Of a stretch of DNA of 64,000 nucleotides, positions 11,330 to 24,030 are shown piece by piece. Position 1 is the stretch's first letter, and each line of letters opens with the position of its first letter. The notes below the pieces were generated by a model. That model was not told where the DNA came from and made no database searches. It saw nothing but the letters and a program-made list of their open reading frames with translations. Origin of the DNA: Balanoglossus misakiensis (taxonomy: Eukaryota > Animalia > Hemichordata); the NCBI GenBank assembly GCA_040954595.2, contig CM082578.2:16352998-16416997 (forward strand), read 5' to 3'. A program made the position numbers and the translations under genes.

Positions 11330-14300
11330 ATGCATTATACCCAGACTCTTTCGACCCTGACATCGGTTGGATCGGCCTTTCTTGGAATTACAGAATACGG
11401 ACGCCACACACGACTGTTGGTGGAACAAATCTGAAGATGACTTATCAGCTATGATTATAACAGGCCCCTATCTCCATACCATGCCTTAGAGAAATGTTCA
11501 CTACTAGCATATATACTACTAGCATATAGTATCAAGATATATACATGCACTCTGTTACTTGTGAAATCGTAATTATTGCATTAATAGATATTACTGAGTC
11601 ATTTTTGTTTTGTCAGAATTTACCGTGCAGTCTTGTAACTTGAGTACAATATACATGTACACTGTACATTAGTAACGTGAATAAGTGTATAATCACAATG
11701 TACTACAATTCTAACAAGAAAGGGATAAAAAAGAGATGGGTATAAAGCATATGTTGCGCTTCAGAAATACAGTAAAGCTATAGGGTGGGTATCATCGTAT
11801 ACTTTCTCAGCACTTCCGCAAACAGAGAGTTGATTTCATGAATCTCCCATTTATTCTTACCTTAGTGTACCTTTCGGGGCGCACTAAAATGCCATGGCTG
11901 GTCAAGTTCTTGATTTCATGGCGCTTTCAACAGATCAGACATTTTTGCGAGCCTGGGAGAGATCTCTCTGTCGGAGACACCTAATGTACCATCCACCAAC
12001 TTGTGGCTTATTTACAGGAATGTTATTACTGCAGAGAGTGGCACGTTGTCAACACATACAACATCCGTACATGGCAGGCACAGTGTGTTCGTTTAATTCA
12101 ATTGAGTATCGTTTTCGTCCCCCATTTTGGTTGGTGTAACCCGGGGGTGCAACAACGTATTAGTGCCAATCGCAGGTTCACCATTTCTGAAGTCGCATGC
12201 TCTGCACGAGGTCAATGCCAGTTTGGACGATTGATTCCATCTGCTGAGTTCTTTTTCACTGTGCCTGGCATAGAGGTTGACAAACAAACAAAATTGCTGA
12301 GAAAAAACATTCACTATTCTGGATGATGTTGAGTAGAAGCATTACAGCCTCGTTGTAAATAACAGATCCTTAATATGATACTTGAAAATTTAACTTTAGA
12401 ATATCTTGACAAATGAGGATAAGAGCTGTCCTGAATAGAATAGGCTGTGTAGAATAGTGTCGCTCTCAAACCTGTTTCTGAAGTGCAACTATGACAACAT
12501 CAACAAAAACCTAGGTAATGCTTTACTTTAGTAGGCTGTCCTGAAACTTATATCTTTAAATGTACTAGTATATGGTATTATAGCTAACCATGATTAGAAG
12601 AAAATCAACTCATCATTCTTGCCTTCTTTCTCAAGTCATAGTATGTTGTTAAACCCTTTACTTCGAAAACTAAAATTCTTCTGTGCTTATTGATTGCAAC
12701 TTGTGCTCTTCGTTTAGAAAAAAAGATAAATATGTGTGTCATGATTATAGTTTAGTGGTGTTTAAATTTAACTAAGATCCTCTTTGTTGTAAAACTGTTG
12801 AAATCTTACTTCATTGTTAATTCTCCATATAAATGTTAATTAATATGTTGCAAATATATTCATGATTTCTTTTTTTTCTTCTCAGAATCATCATCACTCC
12901 CATATGTGTTGTCATTACTGTCCAGTCTAGTTATGTTATGGTGTTCCAGTAAAACCATTTTCACACTAAGAGCACAAAATACCAGTGACACGTAACAATC
13001 CCAGTCCATTGTAACAGTTGTCAATGAAAACAAATTATACAATCTCAGCTTGCACGCCTGTGTGGTATGACAAATGAAGAACAAGCTGATTGTTTCAAGT
13101 AAAATTTTGGTGGTGACTTTTTGGGGCACTCTCTGTTGCTCAGTAAAACTGAAAAGCCCTGGGCAAGGGTTACTCACAAACTTTGTGCACCATAATGTTG
13201 AAATGGTTGTAAGTCTGTAATAGGAAGGGGGGAAAGATTTGCACAAAAATTGCAAGTGTCTGTGATTATTCAAAGCAAAGAAATGGTTCAGATGTTACCA
13301 AAAAACAATGAAGGGGAGTCTGAGATATGGAAACATGAATTGGCACTTTCATTATCAAAAGTATCTTCAATACATGTGAGAACAATATACTACCGTACTG
13401 ACGCATCAGAAAAATTGCATTTATTACATGAATCATGTTCATGGTGCACCTGAATTTAAATGAAATTTCCGCTAACCCAGTGTGAACATTTCAAATGTTA
13501 CCTGAATACTACAGTTTGAAATGTTCGCAGTATATTTCTTTTTAATAAGGAAATTTCATTCAGCAAAGGGTGCAATCCGTGACATGTTTTCAAAGTTAAA
13601 TGAAACCATCTTTGGTGAGTAATATAAAGCAGTTTTAATATAAACAGGCACCCACCAAAGGTGTTCTGCAACTCTGTCGTCCACAGTTGTTGACATCAAA
13701 CAGTCTATATGGTGCACAGCTGTTTATAAACAAAAAAAAAAAACAGTTTGTGTTGTGCACAGCCAATGTAATAAAAAGTTTGTGCTGTGCACAGCCGATA
13801 TAGCACAGTTTATGTCAAAATTATGATGTGTACACACACAGAGCCAGTGTTAAATTAAGATATTTCTTCTGGTGTGTTTGTTATCAGTGGTATGTCAGTG
13901 TTCTCCCAAAATCAAATCATTTCACAGTGCTTGGTCTTGACAGTAAATGTCTCAACGTGTCAGGCCCACAGTAATGCTAAGAAAAGGAGTTGGATGAGCC
14001 AATTTATGTTTTATGTCAAAGTAGGTCCATGTTCTTACTGTATAATTTGTTGAGAGAACAACGATAACTGCTCAATCGAATCACAGCATAAGCATGGTCG
14101 CCCGATGATAGGATCTGGTGACTGCTGGAAGGGACAAAGTTGCTGTGTTTTGCCTGTATGTTATCAACTTGTTTTGTTTCATATGAGGTGTTTATGTAAC
14201 TGGTATTTTGCAAGCTGAAATATTGTAAATCTTCAGTTCTTGGAGCTACCACTCTCACTCTTGTGTGGCTATGACATGTGAACACATCAGTGACATAATT

Positions 14301-15414
14301 TCTGGTGTGTACTGTAAATTATGTCAGCGAGGTTTTTGGATGACACGGCAACAAATAGAGTGAGAGTAGAGTTCTAACGACTGAAAATTTACGAAGTTTC
14401 AGCGAGCAGAACAGCATAAAAAGTAAAACAAAACAATGTTAAAAATTGCAACTGTGTCCTTTTGAAGTGACAATCTTCCATTCAGATGAAAAAAAGTGTC
14501 ATAGAGTATATCATTGCATATAAAAATGTGACATTGAACCATTTCTAGTGCTTTGGCACCTAATTGAGAGAATTTAAAGATTTAATAAAATATGTTATTA
14601 TTACATTCCTTATGAGGGGACAGAGTCACTGACTTGGGACATAACGCAACACATGGAAGATATCTAAAACAATGTCCAAAGGTAGTGAATGTGGCCCTTT
14701 ACCACGGACTGGACAGGGACAGATCTCGTGGGAAATTACAGTGCATATGTGTCGGTAGTTTGCTTTTCGTAATGATATACCCCACTACCAGTCCATGCTT
14801 GGGACGATTTGTCCATCCCATGCTGACTGAGATCTGGCATAAGAAATTGTTTGCAAAAAATGTATAATTTGCAGTGACTTTAAGTTGTAGCTTTGCCAGA
14901 TTTATTTTTGTATTTTGATTGTTATTTTCTCACATGAATTGTATTCATTACTCACCAGTTGAATTGGAAGAGTGTTCGGTTCCAATTCACTGAGGCTCAC
15001 CAGAGACAACAGCAATTTCTACTTTGGGACTTGAGTGGTTGGGGGTAGAGGTATTCTGACTGCCATTTGTGACATATGTGAATGTATAATTCCAGTATGT
15101 TTAACACTGATTATATTCACCGTACAGAGAAACTTACCACCTCTCATCCATGTGTATAAGAAGGACCAATAATTATGCCAAATGCTAGAATCTCACCTCT
15201 GAGTCACCCAGTACAGGACACATATATACTAAAGGTATATAGTCACTTTGCAGTGTGTTAATTCGCAAAGGTGTTCATATGTACAACAGTTGGTGAAAAG
15301 AACTAGTCAAGGAGTACAAATGATGATTCACAAAGGCTGTGTTTTTTTCCTCTGTTGGGTTGATGAACAGTTCAATAGAACTTCACTTACCAAGTTTGTA
15401 CAAGTTTTTGTTTA

Positions 15415-16502
15415 GGGACTGTCCAGAATTTACTTCCAGGGGGGGGCTGGAGGATTTTCAGGGGGGGCCACCCATTTTCCCCAAGAAAAATTAGGGGGGG
15501 TCAGACATAAAAATCACAATCCTTTAGGGGGGGCCATGTAAAAAACCCTCACAAACTCAATATTTGCCCAGAAGTACTGATTTATAAGAAACAAACCAGC
15601 ATGGCTACCTGGATGACAGATGAACTCCGCAAGTGCATTAAATCTTCATAAGCTTGAATTTCCGGTAATTTTTTCGGTGGGTTATTTTGTATATCTACTA
15701 CAGTTTCTTGTTCTACTCTGTGAAGCATAATAAAATGCCCAGTATTTGGCCTGCCAGCACAGACCATAAATGTACAGTGAACAGTCAGTGTTGTTACTGT
15801 TGACGAGCTCAATTCAAGTCCAGACTAGAATTCGTTAATTTTCTCATCAATCATTCATATATGTATATAAAAAGTTAATTTGCTTTTGGGTTCATTAAAA
15901 TGCAGCTTTGAGCTCTGTATTTTATAAAATTTTCTTACAGGGGAGGGGGACACCCCCTCCCAAACCCACCCCCTTCACTTCTCGGTTTACAATATCTGCC
16001 AACACAGAATACAAATACTTAACAAATATAAACAATGTTCAGTTTTAATATCCACTGATGAGGAAAAACATCAGTTTCAAATTCTTTTCATGGGAGCGCT
16101 GTTTTTCTTTTTTACAAGATAGATAGGTGATGTGTTTTGCTGTGTGAAAGAAAATGGGAGGTGGGATTTCAAAATTTTAAGCTGTTCGGAAGGGGGGATT
16201 GAAAATATTTCGGGTTGTGTACGGGGGGCATGTGAAAATTAACGGTAAAAATAATTTAATTCTCCCCCCCCCTTCCAGAGGTGTTTGTAAATGCAGCCTT
16301 ATCAGACTGTATGTGTCGTAGTCTGTACCAGTAAGCATGCATGTATATATTGGGGGGGGGGGGGGTCATGGAAAAAAAACAGGAAATTTACGGGGGGCCA
16401 CAGATTTCCTCCACAATTTACAAGGGGGGGCCATGGAAAAAAATCACCAGGAAAATAAGAAATCCTCCAGCCCCACCCTGGAAGTAAATTCTGGACAGTC
16501 CC
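15415..16502. mobile_element. Second Harbinger-like MITE (~1.09 kb) containing part of the first family
   Basis: Terminal inverted repeats GGGACTGTCCAGAATTTACTTCCAGGG...GGGGCTGGAGGATTT and AAATCCTCCAGCCCCACCCTGGAAGTAAATTCTGGACAGTCCC. TTA at 15412-15414 and 16503-16505. Confidence 0.85.
15873..16298 (-). mobile_element. One-ended, inverted fragment of the 3427-4229 MITE family nested in the second MITE
   Basis: A diverged reverse complement of ~3427-3853. It ends in the family terminal repeat ...CCAGAGGTGTTTGTAAATGCAGCC followed by TTA. Confidence 0.8.
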
Positions 16503-19374
16503 TTAACTTTGCTAAAATTTATTTTGTGAATGAAGTATTGTGAGGTACACAATAAAGTACCGAAAATGATTTATCTGAGAGTAGATTCATGTCTTGTTGT
16601 TTATTCAGTAATGACAGCCATATGTTTAAATGAAGACAATTCTCACTACCTTAAATATGTTATTGCTACCTAGGTGAGTGATAAAAATCTCATGCCATTG
16701 ACAGAATTTCAAAATGGCGGATTTTTGGATAGGAGTTCAGGCTAGAAGCCAGATCGTACCATTTCCATTAGTTCTGTGTCTCATGGTTGTCTGTTTGTTT
16801 TTTTGCCATGGTGTTTGTTACCATAGCAAATTCCCATCTGTTTGAGTGACATCAGACACACGCGCACACTCACTCACTCACAATGCTTGTCATGCAAGGG
16901 TCAACATCTTCTGTCACATTAAATGTCAGTCATGACATATTTTTGTGATTTCCCAACAATCAACAGTCACTCAGGAAACATGCCATGGATTCAAGTACAT
17001 TCCTACTTTCTTTTTTATTGAGGATCAGTGTGAAATCAACACGGCACATACAACAATGAGATAACACAATGGACATACACATCAAGACTGACAGTTCAGT
17101 TTATGCCATTACCATCTATCTTCCAAATTACAGCATTTCCTGAGAACTACCTTAAGTTTGCAAATATCAGTTAGTAGCAAGAAATCTGTCAATCAGACAT
17201 ACATTTGTAATTCCAGAAACATTTGTAATTGTGGTGGGCACATCGCGCCTGTGTAAAATTCATGCACCTAAAAGACACTGACTATGAAATGTTGTCACGC
17301 TATCACAAAAGTTCAATCGGGATCATTATTAAGTAAATTTGCTTAATCAATTTTATAGACGGGCCAATTCTTAATGTAAACCCTTCCTGGTTCAGATACC
17401 ATTCCCTCTAGTCCAAGTCATGAAGTTCTCGTCCCAAAATTAATTTGACTAATTTTACAAACTCACTGCATGTTCACAGAAATGAGTTCATTAGATCCCA
17501 ACTCCAATACTCTAATTCAAAATTTCAAGTCCATGAAAGAAATTCAACTGATCGCCAGTTTCTGAGATAAAATGACAACATCCCAGAGTGAAATCCTGAG
17601 TTGTGATAAGAGCACCTGTGATTGGCTGAAAAAATTCCAAGTCGTTTTTTTTTAAAAAAGAAGAAAGGAAATCTTTGTATCTAATTTCTTGCACATCGAG
17701 TGCCGGAAACTAGAAATCCAAAAGTTGCAGATGACATTGAAAGAGATAGATTACTTTTTGTCATATTTTTAAATTAGTTTTATTGGCAAGGTTTGCGTTA
17801 GTTACTGTTTAACTGTAAAAGTTCATGCTTGCCATGGCAGCAAGCAAATGGTTCAAATGAACCCAATGTATCATTTATCAATTTCAGGGAGAAAAAAAAA
17901 CTTCATGCACACATTTTGAATGATGCTATGAATATTCACAAAATATTCTAATTTTTTAAATGCTATTCAACTGTACAAAAACACCGCCGTAAGCTAGTGA
18001 CTATTACAAATATTACATTTTGCAAATTACATTTTCCCAGAGTACAACACACAATGAGACTGCATTCATAAGCAGATACCAAAATGTACTGTCACATACA
18101 TTCTACACAAAGCTATGACATTTAAATAAAGTGGTCAGATGCTTGTAACAACAACAAAATGTTCTTAAAATGCAACAAATGGAAAAATGGCAGACCTCTG
18201 ACAAATTTGATTTCAGATGTTCCAAAGGAGAATAAAATCAAAATAACACAATAAAACTCAGAAAAATCTGAATGTATGGAGAATAGTATCCAATATACCA
18301 GCTGTACAGGAAAGTAAGAAAACGAATTGGTTGTAATAATTAACACACAAATCAAAATTATGATTAAAAAAAAAGTCGTGTAATAATAATAATTGTGTAA
18401 ACTAGTGTTACCATAACATTGCACATATGACCAGATTCAAGGAATGGAGTGGATGCACAACACCACTAATGAAAGATTACCGACAACGCGTAAAGCTTTA
18501 AGATTTAGCTCATCTGTTTAGAACATGTTCTATGACGCTACAATAGAAAAACATCATGAAATGGTTTGTGAGCGATATAGCATGTCACAGTTAATTCAGA
18601 AACTGTATCACTTTTTGAAAAATACAAAAGCTGCTGTATTTAAAACGAACAAAAGTTGATAGGCTGCAATCGCTGAAATCAACACAAACACTTGGTACAC
18701 GAAGGTTCGAATACAAAAATGTCTAGAATGGCTCAAGTCACCTGCAAATATATATGTTATGCGCACAAAATTCAGCATTTCTGGTAATTTTTTTCAGAAT
18801 GTTGTGTTGGAAAATATAGAAAATACAAACAAAAAAATCTAAATGGTCACACTCGTAAGTCAATTTATTTAAAGTATGTAGGTAAATATTGCAAGTTTCA
18901 TTCAATTAGACCTAATTTACAAAATGCTTGTACCCTCTCTACAGGTAATAATGCTAAGGTAAAACCAAACTATCGCTATTACACTTTTGCCATAATATAG
19001 TATTTTTGTAAGAAATTGTTTGCTATACTCTATCTAGGCTTGCAAATTCTAGTCACTATAGCTGTCTCAAGAATAAAAAAATCTGTATAAATAGATCCCA
19101 ACACAGCAATAATGTAAATACTACTCTTTGGAAAAATCATAAAAATTGATAATTGGTGTCATTCTTCCGAGTTGAAAATGTACAAAGCAAAGCAAATCTG
19201 CAAAAAGAAAACCCATAATTCAAAACTGTGTCACTGGTTGTCTCTTGATGTGTGCCAAACCATTCTAAAGTTCAACTATTTGTAATTTACCCTTGAAATA
19301 AATGGAATGGTCCATTAGCTTATTGACGACTAGACTAAACCATTTACAATAATAGGGGTTGGATGGGTGGGTTC

Positions 19375-22326
19375 CTAAAAGAATTCTAAATCACTAAGAG
19401 TTAGTTCATCGTCGTCTTCAACATCATAGAAGTCATCGAAGTCACTGTCAAATTCATCGTAAAACAAGAACAGCATGTTGTCGTCATCGCTGTCCCAATC
19501 CCAAGTGAGGGTGTCGCGCTCCTCGAAGAAATCCCACAGTCGTATGGTGTCCATGATACGTTTCTCACCATCTGCATTCTCGTACTTGCGGAGTTTGGGT
19601 TCTTCCTTGGTTCCGTCAGGGTAGACATGTAGGTAGAAGCAGCTGCCTCCAAACGGACAGGTGCCTCGCCCTTGGTCAAAATACTTGCAGGGTTTGGTAC
19701 TGAGAGAGAAGGAAACACAACAGATAGGTTGACTTGAGGGTTCTTGTATTGTATTGTATTCCACATTACCAAACACAGGCACTTTGATAACAAGCAAAGA
19801 CACCATCAGTCCACTTACCTCAGCACTGACTTGTAACCTCCGATCAGTTTTTGCTTCTCATCTTTATCGTCCACCCAGTAATCACTTGGAGTTACGAAGT
19901 TTGACGGAATACGACATTCCGGACAAGCTCTGAAATGAAAATAACACCTGATGTATAAGCACAAACCATTTGCATCTGAGATGGAATGTCCTGGGAGAAT
20001 ACAGGAGGTTCAATCTCTCACTGTATCAGTGTTTTGCGCAATGTGACTGTACTGGCATGTAATACAGTACACTCAAACAAAGCTGAGACACACCCAAAGA
20101 GTCATTCATTATTCATATTCCCCTACCCTAGCAGAGAGAAATTTCTTTTGCAAAAAAAAAGAAACTTCGTTTTTCGTGAGGCCATACCTTACAATTTTCC
20201 TTTCAAACTGCTTAGCACTTCTCCATTTGCGTATGCAACTCAAGCAGTAGGCGTGGTTGCATTCCGACAGCAATCCAAACTTCCTTTCCTTGGGATCGGT
20301 CTTTTCCAGCACCACCTCCATGCAGATCCCGCATGTTTTATCCTTGCTGTGTTGAACGGCAAATGAGATCTCCATGTTTCTTTCATGTTCCGCCATGCAA
20401 TCCTACAACAAGACAGTGAAGACAGATGCACTACAGTAAAACCCGACTGAAACAGACAGCAAAATGAGTGAACGTCTGAACTGCTGGAGGACATCCACAA
20501 AAGGCTGGCCAAGGGAATCAGAATACTTTACCTGTTTGTGTTTTTCGTTTTGATCTGGATCATCTGGATGCAGACATGCTTTGCCGCACATATCACACGT
20601 GTTACCATGGAGATACTTGCAGTTTTCACCATAGCGACAAGTTCCGAATATTGCATAGGGACAGAGCAATTCTATTTCTTTGTTCTTCTCCTGTTTTGTG
20701 GCATCAGTTGACTTCTCCCCAGAGATAGCAGCAGAATATGAACTTGGGGCTGAAATAGTGAAAAATTAATCATGTAATATAATATTCATAATACTATAAC
20801 TAAACCTGACCCCTTGGATAGAAGTTCAAATGAACAAAATCAATGCCAGGGATTTTACTCACTTGAACCTTTGTATGGCTGTCCTGGTACAAACTCAGCT
20901 GCATTGACATAATCAGCAAAATTATAGCCTTTGCCTTTATCATTCCCAGATGGATCAGTGTCGTCTTCTGTTTCTTTTGTCTTTTTCTTCAGCGTAACCA
21001 TGGAATTCTCGGAATTCTCTTCCTTTAGAGGTATGCTGATTGGTTTCGGTGTGGTGTGAGATGGGGATGGCTTGACATGGTCGTATCTGCACAACAGGGA
21101 ATGGACAGAAACATCAAGAGTAAGCTTCTTGTGTTGTCTTGTGGTGGTTGTACTAACAATGTTAGTAAAGATGACTGATGTGGATTAATCCATTTCTATA
21201 ATGTAATTCAGTCTGGTGGCATCACCACTGTAAACAATGAGGGTGTAACATCATTTGGACTGAAAATCTCACCTGCATCGATCGCCGTAGACACATTGTC
21301 CCTTTAAGTAGAACTTACAAGTCATGCTGGGCTTGGCTGACATATCATGGGAATAGCGACAGTTCACACCTTCCCTGCACATGCCATTCATGAAATACCT
21401 ACAACAGAAGGAAAAGTTGAGGATTAGCTACTATGCTGTAATTAATTCCGGCAGTCATTTCCTCTAAGGTTGGAGAGGGTGCACAAGCCCCATTAAGCAT
21501 GCACAAGAAGCCAAGTCAAAGAAATTAGATTGGCATTCACGCTATGAGGTTCATATGTTCAATCTCATTTATAGCAAAGCCAGTGGGATTTTCAGGTCTG
21601 GTCAAAAATGCCATATTCCAGGAGTGATGGGACAGGATTAAATTGTGTCACAGTTTTTCACAATTTATACACAATTATATTACAGCATTGGCAGCTGAAT
21701 CAAATTTTGCAGGACTTTCCAGGGTCAGGGAGTTAATATCTTTTTATATTCAAAAATTAAACTCTACAAGATCGAATCAGCAATCTAGTCAGCTTATGGA
21801 ACTGGGATCATCTGACGAAATTTACGCCACTTGACATAACATCACAGAAATTGTGTACAGGGCGCGGCCAATGATACATGTAATGTACATGTTCTTCATG
21901 TATTGATAAACTTGCCCATCAATCAAGGAACCAAAACATCCTCCATATCGTCGTTTTAAGAAATCGCCCACCTCGGACAACGATTTTCTCTGCAGAAATT
22001 GTCGAAAATATCCGACAACAAATCGTTTCCCCCCTCGATCTCACGGCAATTGCGAAATATAATGCAATATCAACCACGATTTATCTGTGGCACCCGCCCA
22101 TATGACGCTGGCGCCGGTTGGGTGTGTGGCCTACATTCTGGTGCATCTGATCATATGCATCGCGCGATTTTGCTGTTTGTCAGCGAAGACACACCACAAC
22201 GATCGATCGAGCGGTCGTACAAATTACGCACCTACAAAGAACCTGCGTTGTCCACTGTCTCTCCGGATGACGGTAATCTGGTGTGAACCTTGCCGATGGC
22301 GTGCCAAACCGACGACCCTCCGCCAT
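19375..22326 (-). CDS. MKRN1: Makorin RING finger / CCCH zinc finger E3 ubiquitin ligase (~437 aa, 7 exons)
   Basis: Exons (minus strand): 22326-22232, 21398-21273, 21086-20863, 20749-20532, 20402-20188, 19929-19819, 19699-19375. Contains [26 protein letters not shown], further CCCH fingers, AAEFVPG, the [12 protein letters not shown]...[14 protein letters not shown]...ACPECR, a terminal [26 protein letters not shown] and an acidic tail. The MKRN1 versus MKRN2 assignment is by resemblance only. Confidence 0.92.
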
Positions 22327-22329
22327 TGC

Positions 22330-22781
22330 TTCGATCAGCCGGCGCGGTGAGGTGCAGTCGGAGTTTTGATTTCACAACTGAGCTATGAAAAACGGCGCAC
22401 GATGGTTTCACCTAAATCCGGGGCTCATTTACATGACGCACGGTGCACCTGTTTTGACTTTTCTGATCTTTTTAAAGTAACAGGTCAGACTCGGCGTACA
22501 GAATGCCAGAGAAATATGTGATATGTCAGCCAGCTACAAGAGGTAGCGGGAAGGTTCGCTGCACTGCCCCGGTGTTTGGTACACACTAGCCAATCATCTT
22601 TGAGTATTGCCGCATTGACCTACGACCCGGAAGTAAAAGTGTCAGGTGAATCTCATCTGGCAGATGTGGAGAGCGCAAGCGAAGAGTGAGGAGTGGCTAC
22701 ATCACGTCTCTCGTTTATTCGCTGTTACTTCCACGACCGGGTGTGTCATTGTATTAAAAGTGCTCTGGTTTGGTCTCAAAG
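22330..22781. promoter_or_regulatory. Short bidirectional promoter (makorin / TMEM121-like) with a probable non-coding first exon of the + gene
   Basis: CpG-rich, with ETS/GABP-type CCGGAAGT at 22627-22634. A + strand donor AAG|GTAAGG at 22782 matches an acceptor TTTTGTAG at 24018, just before the ATG at 24031. Confidence 0.55.
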
Positions 22782-24030
22782 GTAAGGTTTGACCTTTTGC
22801 TGTTGCATTTCCGTTGTCCAGATGTTATGTACTGAAGTGCAATGATATTTTCAGTTCTCGGTCCGTATTGTTATGTTGTGGAAATGTATGGACATTGACA
22901 CTATGACAGTGTCTTAATTGTTTCTTTCCAGTTGTAATCTGCAGGAAATGTTTGCGAAAACGAAAGGAAATATTTTTCTCACCCATCCACTTTACAATAA
23001 CAGTATGATGTTGTATACACGTAAATGCTTCCGTATTTCTTGTTATTGTCTTGCGATCACTCACATTCGCAATAACAGTGTTATTGGATAGTCATGATAA
23101 TATCCTACATCAAGGTCATTTGCCTTTGTTGGTTGATAGCAAGGTCATGCCATTGTTAAAGTAAGACTTCTGAACTGTGAACAGGACATTTATTGATTAA
23201 CCATAATATAACAATCAATAACGGAACCTTGGTGTTTTCTAAGTCGTATCAATTATCATCGTGCCCATTCTGGCATAATTTGTTTACAATTTATATTTAT
23301 AGCTGACCATGAATTATGAAACAATCTGTGCAGGTAATTGTGACTGATGCTTGAACCAGAAGGTCACTCCAATAAACAAGCCATACTGATTTGGTCATAG
23401 TTATTTATATCACCAATGACATCAATTTTTCTGTTGGTTTATCACATTGTAGCCAAAGTTGCTACAAATTTCAGTCACATACATGACAAAATGCCCCTAA
23501 ACATTTTTCATTTGACCCAAACATTTTTAACGAAAAGGGCAAATGCCGATTACTGAAATTAGTTCACTTGACGCCTATCTGTAATTAAAAAAAATTGACT
23601 GAAGCCCTAGGAATGTCTGGTATGGCCAGCACAAGTTAATCTTTAACTAGGCTATAACCGATTTCTAATATACCATAATTTGTTCCAGGAAGAATCAGTA
23701 CCAGTATCTCTAAGAAACAGATGTGACGTGATTGTCATTGCCACCAACCTTTTCCAGTCCAAGTAGTGAACAAACTAGGTGCTGTGTCTTCCTGTAGATA
23801 TTCTGCTTGTATTTAACTGGTAAGTATAATAATATGCATGTAAGTGGGGTGATGATTTGCTGAATTCTGTAACTTACATATGTGTCATTCAGTGTACCAA
23901 TATGTCATCATGCAATAACTGTCTTCTCAGTGTATTATACATAGGTTCCCCTGTACACATAACTTGCGAAGATTGTCTCATAGAGCTACAGAATATTAAA
24001 ATTTCTTTTATTTTGTAGCGTTATTGAAGA

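Noticed and set aside
10592-11428. 278-aa antisense ORF over the TBK1 3' exons
   Set aside because: It spans exon and intron on the opposite strand, starts at a non-ATG codon and has no recognisable domain; typical antisense shadow.
13711-13810. Three degenerate TGCACAGC-containing repeats of ~35 bp
   Set aside because: Short, decayed minisatellite with no evidence of function.
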